23,827 nt of DNA. It comes from Candidatus Hydrogenedentota bacterium. GTDB taxonomy: Bacteria > Hydrogenedentota > Hydrogenedentia > Hydrogenedentales > SLHB01. Both the position numbers and the translations under genes were made by a program. The notes beneath the pieces were generated by a model. That model saw only the letters and a list, made by a program, of their open reading frames with translations, was not told the origin of the DNA and searched no databases. Location: contig JARKSN010000304.1 in the NCBI GenBank assembly GCA_029974275.1, positions 1-23,827 on the forward strand. Direction: 5' to 3'. Within the stretch, counting starts at the first letter, position 1, and each line of letters starts with the position of its first letter. Positions 17,595-23,827 of this stretch are shown here, piece after piece.

Positions 17595-17632
17595 AAAGGC
17601 CCGGGCTGGCAACGCATAGGAGGAGGGACCGT

Positions 17633-18844
17633 ATGCGAACCGTGGCAATGTTTGGCGTGGTGGCAATGCTGCACACGATAGGAGGAATGGCCGTGGCGGA
17701 AACACACGTGGACCCGATGATAGTGGGAACAGTTGCCGGGCTGACGGTGATGCCCTCCGGCATCGAAACGCGCTGGGCCAGCGCGGAGAACTTCAAGGGC
17801 GAGAAAGGCCAAGCCGCCCAAGCCAACGGGGGGCGCAAGGGTAGCGCCTGTTTTCCGTTCAAGGCCGGCGAAAAAAGAGTGATCGCCGAGGCCGTCGGCG
17901 CGAGCGGCACGATCCGGCGCATCTGGGTCACGATCGACGACCGCAGCCCGCAGATGCTGCGCGGCATCAAGTTCGACATCTATTGGGACGGCGCGTCCAA
18001 GCCAGCGGTGTCCGCGCCGCTGGCGGATTTTTTCGGCCAGGGACTTGGGCGCATGGCGACCTTTCAGTCGGCCCTGTTCGCCAGCCCCGAGGGCCGCAGC
18101 TTCAATTGCTATATCCCGATGCCGTTCCGAAAAGGCATGCGGGTCGAGGTGACCAACGAGAGCGGCAAGGACCTCGCCATGTTTTTCTACGACGTCGATT
18201 ACACGATCGGCGACAAGCACCCGAAGAACACGCTGTACTTCCACGCGCACTACCGCCGCGAGAGCCCGACGACGCTGCAACGCGATTTTGAACTGCTGCC
18301 GAAGATCGAAGGCGCGGGGCGTTTTCTTGGAGTGAATGTGGGCGTGGTCGTGAACCATGAGGTCTATCATACGAGTTGGTGGGGCGAGGGCGAGGTGAAA
18401 ATGTTCATCGATGGCGACACGGACTTCCCAACCCTCAGCGGCACCGGCACGGAAGATTACATCGGCACCGGCTGGGGGCAAGGGGCCTACGCCAACCTCT
18501 ATCAGGGCTGCACCGTGGCGGACAGCGAAAAATGGCAGTACTGCTTCTACCGACTTCATGTGCCGGACCCTGTCTACTTTCACAAGGACATCCGGGTGAC
18601 GATGCAGCAGATCGGATGTTGGGGGCCTGACAATCGCAAGGCGATGCACGCCCTTGGGCACCCGGTTTATGCCGCCGGACCCGGGCTCGTGCCCATCGAC
18701 ATGGGATCGGATCAATGCCCCGAGTACGGACTGTTCGAACGCCGGGACGATTGGTCTTGTTGCGCGTATTTTTATCTCGACAAACCGGAAAATGGCCTGC
18801 CGCCCATCGACCCCGTCGAAAAACGCGTGGCAGGGCTCAAGTAA
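17633..18844 (+). CDS. DUF2961 / glycoside hydrolase family 172 protein, possibly secreted
   Basis: SAENFKGEKG, GTIRRIWVT, SFNCYIPMPF, WWGEGEVKMFIDGD, GTGTEDYIG; AGGAGG RBS before ATG 17633 (the ORF-track extension to 16910 overlaps the previous gene). Confidence 0.9.
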   Translation: MRTVAMFGVVAMLHTIGGMAVAETHVDPMIVGTVAGLTVMPSGIETRWASAENFKGEKGQAAQANGGRKGSACFPFKAGEKRVIAEAVGASGTIRRIWVTIDDRSPQMLRGIKFDIYWDGASKPAVSAPLADFFGQGLGRMATFQSALFASPEGRSFNCYIPMPFRKGMRVEVTNESGKDLAMFFYDVDYTIGDKHPKNTLYFHAHYRRESPTTLQRDFELLPKIEGAGRFLGVNVGVVVNHEVYHTSWWGEGEVKMFIDGDTDFPTLSGTGTEDYIGTGWGQGAYANLYQGCTVADSEKWQYCFYRLHVPDPVYFHKDIRVTMQQIGCWGPDNRKAMHALGHPVYAAGPGLVPIDMGSDQCPEYGLFERRDDWSCCAYFYLDKPENGLPPIDPVEKRVAGLK

Positions 18845-18913
18845 CGCTGGATCATGGAAAAACCGCGCCGCGCGGGGACGTTTCACAAGCGCAATCCATA
18901 GGAGAAAAGCATA

Positions 18914-20266
18914 ATGGCGAAGCGACTGCCGAATATTCTGATGTTTGCGATCGACAGCATCCGCCGCGATCATATGAGCTGTTACGGGTACCCGCGTTTG
19001 ACGACGCCGTATATGGATCGCGTCGCGGCGAAGGGCGTTTTGTTCGAGAATTCCTTCAGCGCGTATATTCCGACGACGCCCGCCTATGCGTCGATTCTGA
19101 CCGGAAGGGACGTCATAGGATCGCAGCAGGTCGGCCTTTCTCCCAAGGGGCCGTTGGACGAGAGCCATCCTACGCTGCCGGAAATCCTGCGTGCCGCCGG
19201 ATATCGCTCGACGTGCGTCGGCTTCGACGGCGGGTTCTATCGCGGGTTCGACGAATACCTAAACTTCGAGGGCTGGTTTTCATGGGAAGAACGTCCCGCG
19301 CGCAAGGCGGAGAACCTGAATGCCGTCGCCATTCCCGCGATGGAGAAGATGCACAAATCGGGCAAGCCATGGCTGTTGTTTTTGCGTCACATGGACCCGC
19401 ATTCGCCGTATATGCCGCCGCCGCCCTACGACACGATGTTTTATTCAAAAGACCCTTGCGACAAGAAGAACAAGTCGATGAAACCGGTGTTCGCGTTCAA
19501 GCCGTTTGCCGAGTTTCTCAAATCGTGGATGCCGCCGAACGTGACGGACAAGGATTACGTGATCGCGCAGTACGACGGCGAACTCGCGTACATGGACGCC
19601 TGCATCCAGCGCATCCTGACGCGCGTCGAGGAACTCGGCGCGGAAGAGGATACGCTGGTCGTCATCACCGGCGATCACGGCGAAACACTGTATGACCACG
19701 ATATTTATTTCGACCACCATGGCCTGTACGAGCCGACGCTCGTCGTGCCGCTCATTTTTTATTGGCCTGGCAAGACTCCGGTTGGCGTCCGCAGCAACGC
19801 CTACACGCTGCACGAAGACCTCTTGCCGACGGTCCTCGACCTGTGCGGACTCAAGAAGTTCGCGAAAGGTGCGCGCTTCGACGGCAAGTCGAACGCTCCG
19901 TTTTTCACCGGTACGCGAGGGACCCACCGCTCGGAGTTCTACATCACGGAATGCACGTGGATGCGCAAGCACGGTTGGCGCACGCCGATATGGAAGTTTT
20001 GGGATGCGCTTGAGCCCGATTTTCACGGCAAGCCGCCGGTCGAACTGTACAATTTGATCGAAGACCCGGAGGAAGCGAACAACCTCGCGGAAAAGGAGCC
20101 GCAAATCGTTGAGGCCCTCCGTGCGCGCATGCATGCGTGGATCAAGAAACGCGAACGGCAAGTGGGCAAAGCCAACCCGATCCATATGTACGAGATTGGA
20201 ACGGATAATAAGCTCGGCTCTATCGCTACGGCCAAGAAGTTGCAATCGCGCGAGGACAAGGATTGA
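18914..20266 (+). CDS. Sulfatase-like / alkaline-phosphatase-superfamily hydrolase lacking the CxPxR motif
   Basis: NILMFAIDSIRRDH, TTPAYASILTG at the nucleophile site, HMDPHSPY, YDGELAYMD, GDHGE, ELYNLIEDPEE. Confidence 0.88.
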   Translation: MAKRLPNILMFAIDSIRRDHMSCYGYPRLTTPYMDRVAAKGVLFENSFSAYIPTTPAYASILTGRDVIGSQQVGLSPKGPLDESHPTLPEILRAAGYRSTCVGFDGGFYRGFDEYLNFEGWFSWEERPARKAENLNAVAIPAMEKMHKSGKPWLLFLRHMDPHSPYMPPPPYDTMFYSKDPCDKKNKSMKPVFAFKPFAEFLKSWMPPNVTDKDYVIAQYDGELAYMDACIQRILTRVEELGAEEDTLVVITGDHGETLYDHDIYFDHHGLYEPTLVVPLIFYWPGKTPVGVRSNAYTLHEDLLPTVLDLCGLKKFAKGARFDGKSNAPFFTGTRGTHRSEFYITECTWMRKHGWRTPIWKFWDALEPDFHGKPPVELYNLIEDPEEANNLAEKEPQIVEALRARMHAWIKKRERQVGKANPIHMYEIGTDNKLGSIATAKKLQSREDKD

Positions 20267-20307
20267 CTGATCTGCGGTTGTCGACCAGGAAATGGAGTTT
20301 TCAAGGC

Positions 20308-21414
20308 ATGGATTTTATCGCCGAACGAATGAGCCATATTGACGCCAGCGGGATTCGCAAAATTTTTGCGTTGGCGGCGAATATGAAAGACCCGATCAAC
20401 TTGAGCATCGGGCAGCCGGATTTCGATGTCGCGGAGGACGTGAAGGAAGAAGCGATCGCGCAGATTCGCGCGGGCTTCAACCAATATACGCAGACGTGGG
20501 GCATCGATGAATTGCGGAAAGAAGCTTCGGTTTACTATCAACGTCGTTTCGGCGCGCCGCTCGAAAATGTGATGATCACCAGCGGCGTGTCGGGCGGACT
20601 TTTCCTCGCCTTGATGGCGACGATCAATCCGGGCGACGAGGTGTTGTTCGGCGATCCGTATTTCGTGATGTACAAGCACCTCGCAAATTTGCTGGGCGGC
20701 GTGGCAAAGCCTATTAGCACGTACCCCGACTTCAAACTGAAAGCCGCCGACGTCGAAGCGGCGATCACGCCCAAGAGCAAGGTCCTCATCGTGAATTCGC
20801 CGTGCAACCCCACGGGCGTCTCGTTGACGCGCGAGGAAATGCAGGAGATCGCCGAAGTCGCCAAGCGCCACCATCTCCTTGTGATCTCGGACGATATTTA
20901 CGAGCAGTTCAGCTACGACGCCGAACCCGCGACCTTGGCGGGGCTGCTGGACCATGTCATCGTCCTCAACGGGTTTTCGAAAATGGCCGCGATGACCGGG
21001 TGGCGCGTGGGATTCGCCGCAGGACCCGAGCGCATCATCCAGCAGATGAATACGCTGCAACAGTACACCTTCGTGTGCGCGCCGTCGTTTGCACAAAAGG
21101 CCGCCGTCGTTGCGTTGAACTCGCCCATCACGGGAAAGATCGACGCCTATCGCCGCAAACGCGACATCATCTTCAACGGCTTGTCGAAAAAGTTCGACGT
21201 GGTGAAACCCAACGGCGCGTTCTACATCTTTCCCGCCGCGCCCGGCGGCGACGGCGAGGCGTTCGTCAAGAAGGCCATCGAGAACAACACGCTGATCATC
21301 CCCGGCAACGTGTTCAGCGAACGCAACACGCATTTCCGCATCAGTTTCGCCGCAAGCGATGCGACGCTGGAGCGAGGCATTGAGGCGTTGAACAAGCTGG
21401 CGGAGAGCTTTTGA
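20308..21414 (+). CDS. PLP-dependent aminotransferase class I/II
   Basis: INLSIGQPDF, VNSPCNPTG, ISDDIYE, GFSKMAAMTGWRVG, GAFYIF, FRISFA; GGAG upstream of ATG 20308. Confidence 0.93.
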   Translation: MDFIAERMSHIDASGIRKIFALAANMKDPINLSIGQPDFDVAEDVKEEAIAQIRAGFNQYTQTWGIDELRKEASVYYQRRFGAPLENVMITSGVSGGLFLALMATINPGDEVLFGDPYFVMYKHLANLLGGVAKPISTYPDFKLKAADVEAAITPKSKVLIVNSPCNPTGVSLTREEMQEIAEVAKRHHLLVISDDIYEQFSYDAEPATLAGLLDHVIVLNGFSKMAAMTGWRVGFAAGPERIIQQMNTLQQYTFVCAPSFAQKAAVVALNSPITGKIDAYRRKRDIIFNGLSKKFDVVKPNGAFYIFPAAPGGDGEAFVKKAIENNTLIIPGNVFSERNTHFRISFAASDATLERGIEALNKLAESF

Positions 21415-21418
21415 GGGG

Positions 21419-21446
21419 TTGAGAAAAGCGGACACTGCGATATAAT
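21419..21446 (+). promoter_or_regulatory. Sigma-70 promoter for the structured leader/NYN gene
   Basis: TTGAGA-N16-TATAAT. Confidence 0.7.
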
Positions 21447-21451
21447 CATTG

Positions 21452-21521
21452 AAGATACGTGGCCCCCTGGTAGTACGCGCCCCCTTTCATTGCGGGGTAT
21501 GCCGAGCCCAGGGGGTATCTT
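21452..21521 (+). ncRNA. Putative structured RNA/5' leader (nested multi-stem hairpin) upstream of the NYN gene
   Basis: AAGATAC(21452-58)/GTATCTT(21515-21); CCCCTGG(21464-70)/CCAGGGG(21508-14); inner CCCC/GGGG around TTTCATTGC. Begins at the predicted TSS and ends just before the SD-like TAAGGTGG. Confidence 0.55.
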
Positions 21522-21535
21522 GTAAGGTGGAATGT

Positions 21536-22249
21536 ATGCCGACGGCTATTCTGATCGACGGTGATTTCTGTCTCCGAAGGTACCGGTACCTGTTTGGCGT
21601 ACAACCTCCCAGCAAGGCGGCACACGACATTCACCGAATGTGCTTGGCCCTCTCGAATCGGCCTCACGAACAAAACGGGCAACAAGTCTGCGGCTTCCAC
21701 TGAAAGAAAAGACCTTTATCGCATCTTTTTCTACGATTGCCCGCCTCTTTCGAAAAGAGCACACAATCCAGTTACTCAAAAGCCGATCGATTTCTCCACG
21801 ACTCGCACGGCCGTGTGGCGATTAGAGTTTCACGACGAGCTTCGAAAGCGTCGCAAGGTTGCCCTGCGATTGGGGTACTTGAATGAGCGCAGCGGCCATT
21901 GGACGATTCGTCCGAAGATACTGAAGAGCCTCCTGGCGGGTGACAAGAGCCTCGCCGATCTGCAGGAAGATGACGTCACGTACGATGTGCAACAAAAGGG
22001 GTCGACATGCGCATCGGGTTGGACATCGCTGCGATGGCCTTTAAGAAGCAAGTCGACCAAATTGTGCTCGTATCTGGCGACAGCGATTTTGTGCCCGCCG
22101 CAAAGTTGGCGCGCCGAGAAGGAATTGATTTTATCCTCGATCCTCTCTGGGCTTCTATCCGCTCAGACCTCATCGAGCATGTGGACGGCATACGAACCGT
22201 TTGGCCGCGTACGTCGTCCGACGACAGAAGAAATGTCTCCCGGCCTTGA
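21536..22249 (+). pseudogene. NYN/PIN (LabA/DUF88) domain nuclease, split by two frameshifts
   Basis: Three consecutive pieces: MPTAILIDGDF..; KDLYRIFFYDCPPL..VALRLG..QQKG; VDMRIGLDIA..IVLVSGDSDFVPAAKLARREGIDFILDP. Shifts at about 21645-21700 and at the G-run 21998-22001. Confidence 0.88.
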
Positions 22250-22257
22250 CTCAGGGT

Positions 22258-22286
22258 TTGACATGCCCAGCATGCCGGGGCATAAT
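22258..22286 (+). promoter_or_regulatory. Sigma-70 promoter for PMM/PGM
   Basis: TTGACA-N17-CATAAT. Confidence 0.75.
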
Positions 22287-22369
22287 GCGCGCAACATGCG
22301 CGGATGGATCGTTACGACGTCTAGACGCATGGTTTTTTGGTCGGAATGACGCGGCGGAGGGAATAGGCC

Positions 22370-23827
22370 ATGCGGTGGGACATCGAGACGCAAGTGCCCC
22401 ATAACTCGTACGAATATTTCGAAAAAACGCTCATCACCGAAAACGGTTTCCGCGAGTACGATGTGCGTTGGATCATCGGCAAGGAAATCAATCCGAATGG
22501 ATTTGTCGTGCTGGGCAAGGCGTACGGCACGATGATGCAGGAAGTTCTGAAAGAGTCCGCGATTGTGGTCGGGCATGACTTTCGCTCGTACAGTCAGGAC
22601 TTGAGTCGCTCGCTGATCGTGGGGTTGCTGTCGACGGGCGTGCGCGTGATCGATCTAGGCCTCACGCTGACGCCGATGGTCTATTACGGCCAGCACTATT
22701 TCAACTGCAAAGCGGGCATCCAGGTCACGGCAAGCCATAACGAAAACGGCTGGACGGGCCTCAAAATCGCGAACGGGCTTTCGTCCACGCTCGGGCCCGA
22801 GGGCATCCTGGCATTCAAGGAGTTCGTGAAGGGCGGCAAATTCATCTCGGGTCAAGGAACCTACGAGACGTTTGACGGCATCTATGGGTTTTACATGAAG
22901 GACGCCTTGCGCGGCGCGAAGCTGAGCAAGCCGGTTAAGGTGGTGTTGGCGGCGGGCAACGGCACGGCGGGACGCTATGCGCCGCAGGTGTTGCGTGAAT
23001 TGGGCTGCGACGTGGTCGAACTCGATTGCACGCCGGATTGGGAGTTCAAGCGGCACAATCCGAACCCAGAAGATTTGTCGTTCTTGCACGACATCAGCCG
23101 CGTGACCAAGGAAAACGGCGCGGACCTCGGCATTGGCATCGATGGCGATGGCGATCGCGTGGGCGTGGTGGACGGTCTCGGGCGCGAGGTCTTCTCGGAC
23201 AAGCTGGGGCTGCTCATTGCACGGTGGATTTGCCAGGATCATCCGGGGCGAAGCATCGTGATGGACGTCAAGAGCACGGGGTTGTTCCACGACGACGCGG
23301 TGTTGCGCGCGACGAACACGACGCCGGTGTTGTGGAAGACGGGGCACTCGTACATCAAGGCGAAGGTCGCGGAGTTGAACGCGCTCGCGGGCTTCGAGAA
23401 AAGCGGCCACTGGTTCTTCAACGAGCCGTACGGTCGCGGCTACGACGACGCGATGGTCTCGGCGGTGCATCTGCTGCGGATGCTGGACGCCGTCGGCAAG
23501 CCATTAGCCGCCCTGGTTGACGAATTGCCGAAGACATTCCAGTCACCGACCTTAGGGTGCTATTGCGCCGACGGCGTGAAGTACAAGGTGGTCGACGACG
23601 CAACGGCGATGTACCAAGCCGACAAGGACAAAGGCGTGAAGATCGCGGGCTTGGCGATCAAGGACATCGTCACCGTGAACGGCGTGCGTTTTATCCTGGA
23701 AGACGACAGCTGGGGCCTGGTTCGTGCGTCGTCGAACAAGCCGTCGTTGGTGATCGTCGCCGAATCGCGCGGCGACGAGGACGTCCTCTACGACATCGTC
23801 GAACACATCCAGGCGCGCCTCGCCGCG
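22370..23827 (+). CDS. Phosphomannomutase/phosphoglucomutase (3' end beyond window)
   Basis: Manual translation: MRWDIETQ...GFREYDVRW, VGHDFR, catalytic VTASHN, metal loop DGDGDR, GFEKSGH, LVRASSN; GGAGG RBS. Missing from the ORF track because it has no stop in the window. Confidence 0.95.
   Translation, partial: MRWDIETQVPHNSYEYFEKTLITENGFREYDVRWIIGKEINPNGFVVLGKAYGTMMQEVLKESAIVVGHDFRSYSQDLSRSLIVGLLSTGVRVIDLGLTLTPMVYYGQHYFNCKAGIQVTASHNENGWTGLKIANGLSSTLGPEGILAFKEFVKGGKFISGQGTYETFDGIYGFYMKDALRGAKLSKPVKVVLAAGNGTAGRYAPQVLRELGCDVVELDCTPDWEFKRHNPNPEDLSFLHDISRVTKENGADLGIGIDGDGDRVGVVDGLGREVFSDKLGLLIARWICQDHPGRSIVMDVKSTGLFHDDAVLRATNTTPVLWKTGHSYIKAKVAELNALAGFEKSGHWFFNEPYGRGYDDAMVSAVHLLRMLDAVGKPLAALVDELPKTFQSPTLGCYCADGVKYKVVDDATAMYQADKDKGVKIAGLAIKDIVTVNGVRFILEDDSWGLVRASSNKPSLVIVAESRGDEDVLYDIVEHIQARLAA

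Noticed and set aside
16910..17632. Apparent N-terminal extension of GH172 (644-aa ORF)
   Set aside because: Arg/Gly-rich off-frame overlap with the isomerase; strong RBS at 17633 marks the real start.
17291..19168. 625-aa minus-strand ORF (likewise 20023-21435, 10978-12027, 22655-23470)
   Set aside because: Antisense shadows of well-supported genes.
1..23827. CRISPR arrays, tRNA or rRNA genes
   Set aside because: No regularly spaced repeats or tRNA/rRNA signatures seen in any intergenic region.

Overview
Bacterial chromosomal DNA (high GC) in three parts. (1) About 1-10880 is an accessory-looking block. It starts with two IS remnants (IS21 istB fragment, truncated integrase-type transposase). 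Next is a sigma-54 activator with a Cys-rich GAF domain, divergent from a -24/-12 promoter. That promoter precedes an SxxC thioredoxin-like gene, an RND adaptor, an RND permease, a STAS protein, a TolC-like protein, a decayed second STAS copy and a membrane HD-GYP phosphodiesterase. (2) About 11150-21414 holds core and catabolic genes: aspC, topA, smg/DUF494, then Gfo/Idh/MocA oxidoreductase, TIM-barrel isomerase, GH172, a sulfatase-like enzyme lacking the FGly motif and an aminotransferase. (3) A small islet (21419-22249) has a near-consensus sigma-70 promoter, a compact structured leader and a doubly frameshifted NYN/PIN (LabA/DUF88) nuclease gene, followed by a PMM/PGM gene running off the end. 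Top candidates are the structured-RNA + NYN module (possible RNA-controlled toxin/defence system) and the putative Fe-S/redox-sensing sigma-54 efflux module. All calls come from reading motifs by eye; no searches were run.
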